Below, one piece after another: positions 1 through 9,698 of a stretch of 64,000 nt of DNA. Each line of letters begins with the position of its first letter. The stretch's first letter is position 1. Made by a program: the position numbers and the translations under genes. Origin of the DNA: Clostridia bacterium (GTDB lineage: Bacteria > Bacillota > Clostridia > Oscillospirales > QAKW01); assembly GCA_017937065.1 (NCBI GenBank), contig JAGBEI010000018.1, forward strand, positions 21,105 to 85,104, written 5' to 3'. The notes below the pieces were generated by a model. That model ran no database searches and had not been told where the DNA came from. It saw only the letters and a program-made list of their open reading frames with translations.

Positions 1-199
1 CCCGAACCCTTAACTTCAAATCGGAGATTATTTTAAGAGTCGTCTCCACGCCGATATCCGCCATGATAAGCGCTTCCTCAAGCTCGTCGTACAGGTCGTC
101 GTTTATAACGCCGAAAGCCGACAGAACACTGTCCAGCGTGCCGCCCAGCGCGGACTTTGTCTTGGACAGTCCTTTTTTTATCTTTTCAAAAAATCCCAT
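1..199 (-). CDS. ftsY: Signal recognition particle receptor FtsY, N-terminal part (gene runs off the window start)
   Basis: Minus-strand ATG at 197-199 reads MGFFEKIKKGLSKTKSALGGTLDSVLSAFGVINDDLYDELEEALIMADIGVETTLKIISDLK, a typical FtsY N-terminus. The ATGA overlap with the smc stop and the smc-ftsY synteny fit. Confidence 0.85.
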   Translation of the reverse strand, partial: MGFFEKIKKGLSKTKSALGGTLDSVLSAFGVINDDLYDELEEALIMADIGVETTLKIISDLKLRVR

Positions 200-3100
200 C
201 AGAGTTTAAGCTGCCTTTCCATTTCATTTACATCTATCGTAAGCATTTTCGAAATTCCCTTTTCCTGCATTGTAACGCCGTACAGAACGTCCGCCTCCTC
301 CATGGTGCCGCGCCTGTGGGTGATGACTATAAACTGCGTTTTGTCGCAGAAATCGCGCAGCTTTGAGGCGAATTTATTGACGTTGACGTCGTCCAGCGCC
401 GCCTCTATCTCGTCCATCATGCAAAACGGCGTCGGGCGTATGCGCAGAATGGCAAAGTACAGCGCAATGGCGGTAAACGCCTGCTCTCCGCCGGACAGGG
501 AAACGATATTTTTTATAATCTTGCCGGGAGGCGCAACGCGGATATCAATGCCGCAGTTGAGCACGTCGTCCGGGTCGAGCAGGATAAGCTCGGCTTTGCC
601 GCCGCCGAACATCTCCGCAAAGGTTTTGCCGAACTGGACGTTCAGCCTTTCAAAGCTGTCGGTAAATATCCGCGTCATCTGAGACAGCAGCTCGCGGATT
701 ATCTTTTCAAGCTCCGTCTTTGACTTTTTAAGGTCGGTCATCTGACCGTCAAGAAAGTCAAAGCGCTCCTTAACAGCCTTGTACTCCTCAATCGCCTCGA
801 CATTTACGCTGCCCAGCGCGCGGATCGAGCTTTTGAGCTCCGAAACGCGCTTTCTTGCGGCAGGCTCGTCGCTCAGCGGCTTTGCAAGCTCGCTTGCCTC
901 GGTCACGGTCAGCTCGTATTCGGAGAGCCGTTCTATTATCCTGCCGCTTTGCTCGGATATGCCCGAAATTTTGTTTTCAAGCCGTGCTGTCTCCTGCAAA
1001 AGCCGCTCCTTGAGCGACAGCGCGTCGCGCTGCTTTGCGCGAAACTCCGTCTGCTGCGCCTCCGATTGATTGCGCTTTTCGATAAGCGCGGATATTCTGT
1101 CGCTGCCGTCCCGCTGCATTTTTTCCATAGCAAGACTGTCGCCGCTAAGGCGCTCAATCTCGTTTTTATTGTTCTCTATATTTGCACGCGCGGCGGTTAT
1201 CTGCTCGGTCTTGCTGCGCGTACTGTCGCCGTAGCCCGAAAGCTGGCTTTCAAGCTGCCCGATAACCTGCTTTAAAGCCTCGATGTCCTTGAAAATGCCC
1301 ATCTTGTCCATATCGTTTTGAGCTATCTGCGACCGGAGACTTTCAATCCGCGCATTTTCCTCCTCCGTCCTGCCCGAAAGCGACGCAAGCGCGCAGTCTG
1401 TCTCCTGTATCTTAATATCCAGCTCAGACATCTGATTATCAAGCGACGCTGCGCGCGCGCCGTCCGCCTCCAAGGCGTCCGACAGCGCTTTAAGCTCACG
1501 CTCACAGCCCGCAATAAGCTCGTTATATGACTCGGCGACGACGTTTTTGCTCTCCTGAAGGTCGTTTAACCGGTTAAGCTCGTCGTTGAGCACACGGATT
1601 TCCGAGCTTGCCCCGTCAAGGCGGGCGGCAAGCTCGTTTTTCTCCGACTCGGACTTGGCAAAGCCGCCCTCAGCGGCGCTCAGCTTTTCGCGCAGTGTCT
1701 CAATCTCCTTTTCCAGCCGCTCAATCTCAAGCGAGCGGGACAGAAGCCCCGCGCTTTTTGCAGTAGAGCCGCCCGTCATGGAGCCGCCGGGGTTTACCAC
1801 CTGCCCGTCCAGCGTTACGGTCTTGTATCTGGCGTTCATTTTGCGCGAGACGTCAATCGCGTCGTCTATTGTCTGACACACAACCGTTCTTCCCAGCAAA
1901 AACCGCGCCGCTTTTTCCCCTGCCTCGCTGTCCGTCTGCACAAGCTCGTGCGCAAGACCGATAATTCCGCTGCCGCAAAGCTCGTCCTTTGACACAGGCC
2001 GCGGATTTATCTCGGAAAGCGGCAGAAAGGTCGCGCGCCCCGCGCGGTTGTTTTTGAGTATCAGCATGGCGTTTTTTGCCGTTTTCGCGTTGTCCGTGAC
2101 AATGTTCTGCACAGCGTTTCCCAGCGCCGTTTCAACGGCGACTATGTATTTCTTATCCACGCGTATGAGCTGTGACACGGTGCCCAGCACACCCGGCAGA
2201 GTGCCGCGGCGGCTGTTTTCCAGAACCGCCCTGACGCTGCCGGCAAAGCCGTCCAGATGCTTTTCCATATCGGAGAGTATTTTAAGATTTTGCTCCCTGC
2301 CCGACAGCTCGCGCCGTGCATTGTCCAGCTCAGCTTTTTTCTCGTCAAAGCGGCGCTGCTTTATCTCCAGCATTTTGCGGTAGCCCGAAGCGGTGTTCAA
2401 AAGCGCCGTGCGCTGCTGCGTTTTATTATCAAAATCGGTCTTTAGCGCCGCCTGCTCGTCACAAAGCGCGGCAAGCGCGCCCCGCCTTGTTTCAAGCTCC
2501 CGCTCCAGCTCGCCGCGGCGCACAAGCTTTGAATTCCGCCCCGCCTCGCAGGATATTTTCTGAATATTGAGCGCGTTTTTGCTCTCCGAGAGCGACAGCC
2601 GCCGCCCGCTCAGCTCCTGTGCCTCAAGGCGCGCCGCCTCGCCGCTCCTGCTGACGCTTTCCAAATCGGCGGCAAGCGCCGCCGAGCTTTTTTCAAGCTC
2701 TGTAAGACGGGCGCTCTTTTCCTCAACCGCCTTGCCGCGCGCGTCAATCACGGCGCGCAGCTCGTTTTCCTGCTCGCCCGACTTGCGCAGCTCATTCTCG
2801 ATTTTTGAGATGTTCTCCGTCTCAAACCGTATCCCCGCCTCCAAAACCGCAATGCGGGAGGCGATTTCGCCCTTTTTCTCCTCAAAGCCCGAAAGCTGAG
2901 AGCGAACCTGCTCTATCTCTATATTTATATCGCGGTTTTTTTCAAAAACAGAGTTTATCTCGCCCTCTAAATTATCAATCTCAACCGTTATATCCTCAAG
3001 GCTGCCCTTTGATATGTTGAATTTATCCTCCAGCTCCTTTGAGCTTCGGCGGATTTTTTCAAGCTCCGATATCCAGAGCGATATTTCCAGGCGCTTTTTC

Positions 3101-3771
3101 TCGTCGTACATGACAAGATATTTTTGCGCCCTGCTGCTCTGGCTTTCCAGCGCGGGCAGGCGCTCCTTCAGCTCGCCGGCAATATCCGAAAGCCGCACAA
3201 GGTTGTCCTCGGTGGCGTTCAGCTTGCGCTGAGCCTCGTTTTTGCGGTAGCGGTATTTCGATATGCCTGCCACCTCCTCGATAATCTGGCGGCGATCCTC
3301 GCTTTTATGCGAGAGAATTTCCGCTATCCTGCCCTGACCTATAATCGAATAGCCGTCGCGCCCGATGCCCGTGTCCATAAACAGCTCATGGATATCCTTG
3401 AGCCTTGACTGGGTTTTGTTTATAAAATACTCGCTCTCGCCGCTGCGGTAGTAGCGGCGCGTGACCGTAACCTCGCCGTAATCAACGGGCAGCGCCCCGT
3501 CGCTGTTGTCAATGGTAAGGCTGACCTGGGCAAAGCCCTGGGGGCGCCTCTTGGTCGTGCCCGTAAAAATAACGTCCTCCATCTTGGAGCTGCGCAGCGT
3601 CTTGTTTGACTGCTCGCCCAGCACCCAGCGGATAGCGTCCGACACGTTGCTCTTGCCCGACCCGTTGGGGCCGACAATCGCGGTGATGCCGCTGCCGAAC
3701 TCTATTTTTATCTTGTCCGGGAAGGATTTAAAGCCCTGAAGCTCAAGACTTTTTAAAATCAAATGTTTCAC
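199..3771 (-). CDS. smc: Chromosome segregation protein SMC
   Basis: 1190 aa. N-terminal Walker A (LELQGFKSF...IVGPNGSGKSNVSDAIRWVLGEQS), long coiled coils, a hinge, and C-terminal LSGGE plus Walker B (MDEIEAALD). GTG start at 3771; a TTG at 3762 with better RBS spacing is an alternative. Confidence 0.97.
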   Translation of the reverse strand: MKHLILKSLELQGFKSFPDKIKIEFGSGITAIVGPNGSGKSNVSDAIRWVLGEQSNKTLRSSKMEDVIFTGTTKRRPQGFAQVSLTIDNSDGALPVDYGEVTVTRRYYRSGESEYFINKTQSRLKDIHELFMDTGIGRDGYSIIGQGRIAEILSHKSEDRRQIIEEVAGISKYRYRKNEAQRKLNATEDNLVRLSDIAGELKERLPALESQSSRAQKYLVMYDEKKRLEISLWISELEKIRRSSKELEDKFNISKGSLEDITVEIDNLEGEINSVFEKNRDINIEIEQVRSQLSGFEEKKGEIASRIAVLEAGIRFETENISKIENELRKSGEQENELRAVIDARGKAVEEKSARLTELEKSSAALAADLESVSRSGEAARLEAQELSGRRLSLSESKNALNIQKISCEAGRNSKLVRRGELERELETRRGALAALCDEQAALKTDFDNKTQQRTALLNTASGYRKMLEIKQRRFDEKKAELDNARRELSGREQNLKILSDMEKHLDGFAGSVRAVLENSRRGTLPGVLGTVSQLIRVDKKYIVAVETALGNAVQNIVTDNAKTAKNAMLILKNNRAGRATFLPLSEINPRPVSKDELCGSGIIGLAHELVQTDSEAGEKAARFLLGRTVVCQTIDDAIDVSRKMNARYKTVTLDGQVVNPGGSMTGGSTAKSAGLLSRSLEIERLEKEIETLREKLSAAEGGFAKSESEKNELAARLDGASSEIRVLNDELNRLNDLQESKNVVAESYNELIAGCERELKALSDALEADGARAASLDNQMSELDIKIQETDCALASLSGRTEEENARIESLRSQIAQNDMDKMGIFKDIEALKQVIGQLESQLSGYGDSTRSKTEQITAARANIENNKNEIERLSGDSLAMEKMQRDGSDRISALIEKRNQSEAQQTEFRAKQRDALSLKERLLQETARLENKISGISEQSGRIIERLSEYELTVTEASELAKPLSDEPAARKRVSELKSSIRALGSVNVEAIEEYKAVKERFDFLDGQMTDLKKSKTELEKIIRELLSQMTRIFTDSFERLNVQFGKTFAEMFGGGKAELILLDPDDVLNCGIDIRVAPPGKIIKNIVSLSGGEQAFTAIALYFAILRIRPTPFCMMDEIEAALDDVNVNKFASKLRDFCDKTQFIVITHRRGTMEEADVLYGVTMQEKGISKMLTIDVNEMERQLKL

Positions 3772-3832
3772 ATCCTAACAGTTTATACGAAAGCGGTTAA
3801 AGCTCTCTTGCCGTTTTTACATTATATCCGAT

Positions 3833-4825
3833 TTACGCCTTGTTTTCAACTTCTTTTTCTATATATGCGCAAAGCAGTCCGACAGCCGCGCGGATATCGC
3901 TCTTGGAGGCTGTTTCCGAGACGGTATGAACATTGCGCACCGCAACGCTGACTCCGCCGACAAGCGCGCCCCTGCCGCCCGTCTGCACGGCGCCGATATC
4001 GGTGCCGCCCGCCGTCAGCACATCGCGCTGGAACGGAATGTCATGCTCGCGCGCCGCGCTCTCCAGCGCTTCCACAACGCTTGCCGAGCAGATTGCAGAT
4101 GCGTCGCGGATTTTTATTGCCGCGCCGCCGTGCAGCCGGCAGCCGTAGCTGTCGCAGCCGGGAGTATCGGCGGCAACCGTCACGTCAACCGCTATCGCAA
4201 CGTCGGGGTTGATGTCAAAGCCGGACACCTTGGCGCCCCTGAGCCCTACCTCCTCCTGGGAGGTAAACACAAAATACACCTCGTTATCGGTGACGGGCAT
4301 TTTCTTCAGCGTCTCCATCAGGATATAGCAGCCCAGCCTGTCGTCCAGCGCCTTTGACACGATTACGCTGTCGCTTTCAAAGGTGTCCGCGTCAAACCTT
4401 GCCGTCATTCCGATATCTATTTTTGAGACCGCCTCGTCAAAGGACGACGCGCCGATATCAATATAGCAGTCCTGCATTTTGGAGTCGTTTTTCTCGCACA
4501 CAAACACGCCGCGCACGCCGTTTTCAAACGTGACATGGCAGTTTCTGAAATTCTGCGGCGACACGCCGCCCACAGCAGCCGCGCGCACAAAGCCCTTTTC
4601 GTCGATAAAGGTGCTGACAAGCCCGATTTCATCGGTATGCGCCATTAGCATGATACGCTTTTTGCCGCCGCGCTTAACGGCGACAAGATTTCCCAAAACG
4701 TCGGTATACACCTTATCGGCATAGGGAATTATCTGCGATTTTATATACTCGCAGACGTTTTTTTCATTGCCGGAAACACCGTTTACCGACACAAGTTTTC
4801 TTATCTCATCAATCATATCAGGCAC
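3833..4825 (-). CDS. M42 family metallopeptidase (TET/FrvX/YsdC-type aminopeptidase), paralogue 1
   Basis: 330 aa. N-terminal VSGNE motif, HTDEIG, ALDDRLGC, SQEEVGLRGA and RNVHT are all M42 hallmarks. Confidence 0.88.
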   Translation of the reverse strand: MPDMIDEIRKLVSVNGVSGNEKNVCEYIKSQIIPYADKVYTDVLGNLVAVKRGGKKRIMLMAHTDEIGLVSTFIDEKGFVRAAAVGGVSPQNFRNCHVTFENGVRGVFVCEKNDSKMQDCYIDIGASSFDEAVSKIDIGMTARFDADTFESDSVIVSKALDDRLGCYILMETLKKMPVTDNEVYFVFTSQEEVGLRGAKVSGFDINPDVAIAVDVTVAADTPGCDSYGCRLHGGAAIKIRDASAICSASVVEALESAAREHDIPFQRDVLTAGGTDIGAVQTGGRGALVGGVSVAVRNVHTVSETASKSDIRAAVGLLCAYIEKEVENKA

Positions 4826-4827
4826 TC

Positions 4828-5847
4828 CTATACATTCAGCATTTTATTAAGCACGGCATACACCAGCCGCTCGGTATCGTCAATATCGGCAAGAGACGCA
4901 ACGCCCGTCACGGTATGAAGATACCGCACAGCGACGCTGACTGCCAGCGCCGACGCGCCCGACGCCGTGCGCTGGATACGCCCCGAATCGTTGCCGCCAG
5001 CCACCGCCTGCTTCATCTGGTACCGTATTCCACGCTCCCTTGCGGCCTCACAGGCAAGTTTTATAAAATCGCGGTCGTATATCGTGCTGCCGTCCATAAA
5101 CGATATGACAGGCCCCGCGCCTACGCGGCAGACGCTCGTCTTATCCTTATTGTCCGAAATATCCGCGGCGGTGGTTCCCTCCACCACTATCGAGTAGTCC
5201 GGCTTTATCTCAAAGGCGGCGCAGCCCGCGCCGATGCAGCCTATCTCCTCCATGACGGTAAAGGCAAAGTAGGTGTCAAACGGCAAATCCTTTTTTATGA
5301 GGTTTGTCAGTATCTGACAGCCTGCGCGGTCGTCCAGCGCCTTGGCGCGCACAAGCCCGTCACCGAACTCCGCATAGTCCGAGCGGAAGCCGATAACGTC
5401 GCCCGGCTGCACGTATTGAAGCGCATCCTCCTTATCGCGCGCGCCGATGTCTATATACAGCTCATCGGTCTTTTTGACGGAGTCTTTTTCCGATTTTTTC
5501 ATAAGGTGAGGCGCCGCCTGACCGATGACGCCGGGGATTTTTCGCCGCCCGATGGCAACATGCTTTCCGCACAGCGTGCGCGGGTCAATGCCTCCCACTG
5601 TATCAAAGCGGATATACCCGTCCTCCGTCACGCTTGTCAGTATCATGCCCACCTCGTCCATATGCGCCGAAATCATAACGGTTGCGGGCGGCTCATACCT
5701 GCCTTTTTTAAACGCGATTATATTTCCCAGCTTATCGACCTTTGTCTTGGCGTACGGGGATATCTCATTGAGTATTGCACGGCGGACGTCCCCCTCGCTG
5801 CCTGAGGTGCCGAAAAGTGAGGTATAATAGCTGAGCAGCTTATTCAA
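4828..5847 (-). CDS. M42 family metallopeptidase, paralogue 2
   Basis: 339 aa with SGSEGDV, HMDEVG, ALDDRAGC, VMEEIGCIGA and RYLHT. It lies 2 nt from paralogue 1. Confidence 0.88.
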   Translation of the reverse strand: MNKLLSYYTSLFGTSGSEGDVRRAILNEISPYAKTKVDKLGNIIAFKKGRYEPPATVMISAHMDEVGMILTSVTEDGYIRFDTVGGIDPRTLCGKHVAIGRRKIPGVIGQAAPHLMKKSEKDSVKKTDELYIDIGARDKEDALQYVQPGDVIGFRSDYAEFGDGLVRAKALDDRAGCQILTNLIKKDLPFDTYFAFTVMEEIGCIGAGCAAFEIKPDYSIVVEGTTAADISDNKDKTSVCRVGAGPVISFMDGSTIYDRDFIKLACEAARERGIRYQMKQAVAGGNDSGRIQRTASGASALAVSVAVRYLHTVTGVASLADIDDTERLVYAVLNKMLNV

Positions 5848-6877
5848 TGCGGTTTCCTCCTCTGTATTCTACATAGCCCAGTATCAGGCGCACTGTATTT
5901 TCCATATCGGAAAGCGAGACTATCTCGCCCGCCGAATGCATATACCGCAGCGGTATTGACAAAAGGGCGCAGGGCACGCCGTCGCGCGCGCACGTGACGT
6001 TATCCGCGTCGGTGCCCGTTTTCCCGCTCATAACCTCCGTCTGATAGGGTATTGCATGGGAGCGCGCAACGCCTATAACCGCCTCGGTCATATGCGTATC
6101 CAGTATCGGGCTTATTCCGACAGCGCAGCCGCCGCCAAGCTCCCTGCCCTTTGATTTATCGGTATAGGGGGACACGGCAAAGGTCGTATCCAGAATGAGC
6201 GCCTCATCGGGCGCAATTTCAAACGCCGCGGTGTGCGCGCCGTAGCCGCCAAACTCCTCCGCCGCAGAAAACACCATATACACATCATAGCGCGGGCGCA
6301 CGCTGCACAGCATTGCAAGCACCTGGACAAGCACGGCGCAGGAGGCGCGGTTGTCAAAGCTCTTGCCGAGCACAAGCCTGTTCTGAAGGTCGGTGCAGAC
6401 AGAGCGCAGCGCGATAAAATCGCCCGCTCTTACAAGCTCCTTTACCGTCTTTTCGTCATAGCCGACATCAATTACCATGTCCTTTGACTTTATTGTCTTT
6501 TCGCTGTCCGCGTCCTTCAGAAGATGGGGCGGGAGCGTGGCGACAACACCGTGGAGAGGGCGGGACGCCAGCACCGTCACGGCACTTGCGGGCAGAATTT
6601 TGTCATCAATACCCGCATGGTTTGCAAAATGTATAAACCCGCGCTCGTCAATGCCCGTTACGACAAGCCCCACCTCGTCGGCGTGGGCGTCCAGCATGAT
6701 TTTCTCAGCGCCGGGGATTTTACTGTATTTTACGGCAATAAGGTTGCCCGCGCGGTCACGGTAAAGCTTATCCGCCATGGGGCGCACAAGCCGCTCAAGG
6801 CTGACAAGCAGCTCCTCCCTGCCGCTGGGGGCATATTCCGAGCACAGCTCGAAAAGATAATTTTTCAGATTTTCCAA
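5840..6877 (-). CDS. M42 family metallopeptidase, paralogue 3
   Basis: 345 aa with PSGREE, HADEVG, SFDNRASC, AAEEFGGYGA and RYMHS. It overlaps paralogue 2 by 8 nt. Confidence 0.86.
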   Translation of the reverse strand: MENLKNYLFELCSEYAPSGREELLVSLERLVRPMADKLYRDRAGNLIAVKYSKIPGAEKIMLDAHADEVGLVVTGIDERGFIHFANHAGIDDKILPASAVTVLASRPLHGVVATLPPHLLKDADSEKTIKSKDMVIDVGYDEKTVKELVRAGDFIALRSVCTDLQNRLVLGKSFDNRASCAVLVQVLAMLCSVRPRYDVYMVFSAAEEFGGYGAHTAAFEIAPDEALILDTTFAVSPYTDKSKGRELGGGCAVGISPILDTHMTEAVIGVARSHAIPYQTEVMSGKTGTDADNVTCARDGVPCALLSIPLRYMHSAGEIVSLSDMENTVRLILGYVEYRGGNRIE

Positions 6878-6892
6878 TTCGGCTCACCCCTC

Positions 6893-8281
6893 TCAAAGCG
6901 CCCGCACGACAGACACAAACCTGTCGCCGCGAACCTCGAAATTTTTAAATTTATCAAAGCTGGCGCACGCAGGCGACAGCAAAACGCAGTCGCCGCCGAC
7001 GGCGGCACCCGCCGCCGCGCGCACCGCGCCGTCAAAATCGTCCGTGACGGTTATCGGCAGCCCTCGGGCGTCATAGCCCTTTGCCGACTCCACGGCGGAT
7101 TTTATAGCTTGCGCCGTGTCGCCCGTCAGAAACAGAGCCTTCACATGCTCAAGTATTTCCCCTGCCAGCCTGTCAAACGGCAGGTGCTTGTCATAGCCGC
7201 CCGCGATAAGTATCACCTTTGTATCAAACGAGCGCAGGGTGGCTATCGTGCGCGTCGGCGACGAGCCGATAGAGTCATTGTAGAATTTAACGCCGTCCTT
7301 TTCCCGCACGAATTCTATCCTGTGGCGCACGCCGCTGAAATTGCGCGCGACATACACAATATCGTCTGCGCTGCAAAGCCCGCGCACAGCAAGCGCCGCC
7401 GCCATATAGTTTTCGACGTTGTGGTCGCCGCGGAGCAGAATGTCTGAGCGTGACATCAGCCTTTCGTGCCTGCCGTTTTCAACCGTGTACACGGCGCCGT
7501 CCTTAAAGTAGGCGCCGTCACAGCCCGGGTCGCCCTTAAACGAGAATTTGAGCACGCTGCCCCGCGCGCGGGCGGCAAAGCCGTCTGTAATCTCATTGTC
7601 GGCGTTTACAATCAGCACGCCGTCCTGCGGCTGGTGCGTGAAAATATTTGTTTTAGCCTCGATATATTCCTCCATGGACTTGTGAACGTCAAGGTGGTTG
7701 GGAGACAGATTTGTAACGACCGCAACGTCGGCGCTTTTTTTCATGGTATGAAGCTGAAAGCTGGAAAGCTCAGCCACAACGATATCGGAGGGCTTGATTT
7801 TTGCCGCGCGCGGCAGCAGCGGACTGCCGATGTTCCCGCCCAGATGCACGGTATAGCCCGCGCGCCTTAGCATTTCGTAAATAAGGCTTGTTGTGGTGGT
7901 CTTGCCGTCCGAGCCTGTCACCGCGATTATTTTACAGGGACAGCACTCGAAAAACAGCTCCATCTCGCTTGTTATGGTCGCGCCCGCCCTTGCGGCGGCA
8001 AGCAGTGCGGGGTTGTCAAAGCGCATACCGGGCGTTTTTATGATAATGTCCCCCGAAAGACCGTCAAGATAGTTTTCGCCGCACACAAGCTTTACACCGT
8101 GCGCGCGCAGCTCATGCGCAATGTCGCCCAGGCTCTCCTCGCTGTTTTTATCAAAAGCCGTCACCCGGGCGCCAGCCTTTGCAAGCATGGAAATCACAGG
8201 CGTGTTGGAAATACCGACGCCGACGACGGATACATTTTTATTTTTAACACTGTCCAAAAATTCAGCGACCGAGCAAGACAT
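6893..8281 (-). CDS. murD: UDP-N-acetylmuramoyl-L-alanine--D-glutamate ligase
   Basis: 462 aa. N-terminal Rossmann fold (VSVVGVGISN), Mur ligase P-loop (VTGSDGKTTT), and MurD-like length and C-terminal domain. Confidence 0.93.
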   Translation of the reverse strand: MSCSVAEFLDSVKNKNVSVVGVGISNTPVISMLAKAGARVTAFDKNSEESLGDIAHELRAHGVKLVCGENYLDGLSGDIIIKTPGMRFDNPALLAAARAGATITSEMELFFECCPCKIIAVTGSDGKTTTTSLIYEMLRRAGYTVHLGGNIGSPLLPRAAKIKPSDIVVAELSSFQLHTMKKSADVAVVTNLSPNHLDVHKSMEEYIEAKTNIFTHQPQDGVLIVNADNEITDGFAARARGSVLKFSFKGDPGCDGAYFKDGAVYTVENGRHERLMSRSDILLRGDHNVENYMAAALAVRGLCSADDIVYVARNFSGVRHRIEFVREKDGVKFYNDSIGSSPTRTIATLRSFDTKVILIAGGYDKHLPFDRLAGEILEHVKALFLTGDTAQAIKSAVESAKGYDARGLPITVTDDFDGAVRAAAGAAVGGDCVLLSPACASFDKFKNFEVRGDRFVSVVRAL

Positions 8282-8328
8282 TATCCGCTACCTCCGAAAA
8301 GTAAAAATTTACATGTGCCTATTAGTTT

Positions 8329-8357
8329 ATTATATATTATATATATCCAATTATCAA
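8329..8357 (-). promoter_or_regulatory. Putative sigma-A promoter for murD (TTGATA-17 nt-TATAAT)
   Basis: On the minus strand, -35 TTGATA is at 8352-8357 and -10 TATAAT at 8329-8334, with a 17-nt spacer. A GGAGGT RBS precedes the murD ATG. Confidence 0.5.
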
Positions 8358-8373
8358 GAAATTTAAAAAAGAT

Positions 8374-8402
8374 TTGCATTTTTTCACATCAGATGATAAA
8401 AT
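8374..8402 (+). promoter_or_regulatory. Putative extended -10 promoter for rnpB (TTGCAT-17 nt-TGaTAAAAT)
   Basis: -35 TTGCAT at 8374-8379 and TGa plus TAAAAT at 8394-8402. The predicted transcription start falls about where the RNase P RNA P1 stem begins. Confidence 0.55.
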
Positions 8403-8410
8403 ACACGGGT

Positions 8411-8753
8411 AACGAGTAAATCGGGCAATCGCCGTGCATTTTTCGTGCATGGAGGAAAGTCCGAGCATCACAGAACAGGATAATGGATAACGTCCACCGG
8501 GGGTGACCCCAGGGAGAGTGCAACAGAGATATACCGCCCGCGCTTTCGCGGGTAAGGGTGGAAAGGCGAGGTAAGAGCTCACCGACCGGTATGGTGACAT
8601 ACCGGTCCTGTAAACCCTATCCGATGCAACACCGACAAAGGCGATGGGCTGTTCGTCCGCTTGAGCCTTGACGGGTGGCTTGAGAGATATGGCAACATAT
8701 TCTCCAGACAGATGATTGCCCTCGACAGAACTCGGCTTACAGATTTACTCGTT
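8411..8753 (+). ncRNA. rnpB: RNase P RNA (bacterial M1 RNA)
   Basis: Universally conserved GGAGGAAAGUCCGAGC at 8451-8466 and ACAGAACUCGGCUUAC at 8725-8740. A P1 stem pairs CGAGUAAAUC (8413-8422) with GAUUUACUCG (8742-8751). Length is about 340 nt. End coordinates are approximate. Confidence 0.92.
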
Positions 8754-8819
8754 ACACCTCATTTTCGGCGCACATGGCTAATATAATTATTTATACAGAC
8801 ATTGTAAGGAGACGCCGTT

Positions 8820-9698
8820 ATGATAAAATTCAAAAGCAGAGCACTTATAAACGCGGTACTTATCGCGGCGCTTATCGCCGCGGCAGCAGCGTGCACGGTG
8901 CTTTTTATTTTTTTCAGGGGACAGGTGGCGGAGCTTTCCGACAAGCTTGCAAAATCACAGGCGTACAGCGCAAAGGTGGAAAGCGAGCTTGACAAGCTCA
9001 GGGAGAGCTATGATTCGCTGAAGGACGAATACGCAAAGCTTGAGCAGACCAAAGCCGAGGAGAAAAACGCAAAGGTGGTATACCTGACCTTTGACGACGG
9101 CCCCTCCGAAAACACGGTGAAAATACTCGATATTTTAGAGCAGTATAACGTAAAGGCAACCTTTTTCATTATCGGCAAGGAGGGCGGGGGCGCCGCGGAG
9201 ATATACCGCAGAATAATAAGCGACGGACATGCGGCGGGCAATCATACATATTCGCATGAATACAATGAAATCTACGCCTCGGAGGACAGGTTCTGGGAGG
9301 AGTACCGCAAAAACGACGAGACCTTTTTCGAGCTGACGGGCAGACATCTTGAGATAATGCGCTTTCCGGGCGGGTCAAACAACACGGTAAGCGAACGATA
9401 TTGCCGCGGCATCATGAAAAGGCTGACAAAAACCGCGCAGCAGCAAGACATCATATACTTTGACTGGAACGTGTCAAGTCTTGACGCCGTAAAGGAGCGC
9501 CAGGATAAAAACGTAATAATAAATTCCGTGCTGTCAGGGGTTAAGGACAAAAAAACGTCCATCATACTCATGCACGACAACAAGACGAAAACGACGACGG
9601 TAGAGGCGCTGCCGACCATTATTGAGGAGCTGAAAAGGCAGGGGTGCATTTTTAAAACGCTGAACAAGGATACGGAGCCCATTCAGTTTTTAAAATGA
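8820..9698 (+). CDS. Polysaccharide deacetylase family protein (NodB homology), membrane-anchored with a coiled-coil linker
   Basis: 292 aa. It has an N-terminal TM helix, the NodB motifs YLTFDDGPS and HTYSHE, and an AAGGAG RBS upstream. Confidence 0.88.
   Translation: MIKFKSRALINAVLIAALIAAAAACTVLFIFFRGQVAELSDKLAKSQAYSAKVESELDKLRESYDSLKDEYAKLEQTKAEEKNAKVVYLTFDDGPSENTVKILDILEQYNVKATFFIIGKEGGGAAEIYRRIISDGHAAGNHTYSHEYNEIYASEDRFWEEYRKNDETFFELTGRHLEIMRFPGGSNNTVSERYCRGIMKRLTKTAQQQDIIYFDWNVSSLDAVKERQDKNVIINSVLSGVKDKKTSIILMHDNKTKTTTVEALPTIIEELKRQGCIFKTLNKDTEPIQFLK

Noticed and set aside
4915-5805. 296-aa plus-strand ORF
   Set aside because: It is an antisense shadow of M42 paralogue 2.
6524-7447. 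307-aa plus-strand ORF spanning the M42 and murD genes
   Set aside because: It is an antisense shadow that crosses a gene boundary, with no recognisable motifs.
8337-8600. 87-aa minus-strand ORF
   Set aside because: It lies antisense within the RNase P RNA gene and its promoter. The region is fully explained by rnpB.
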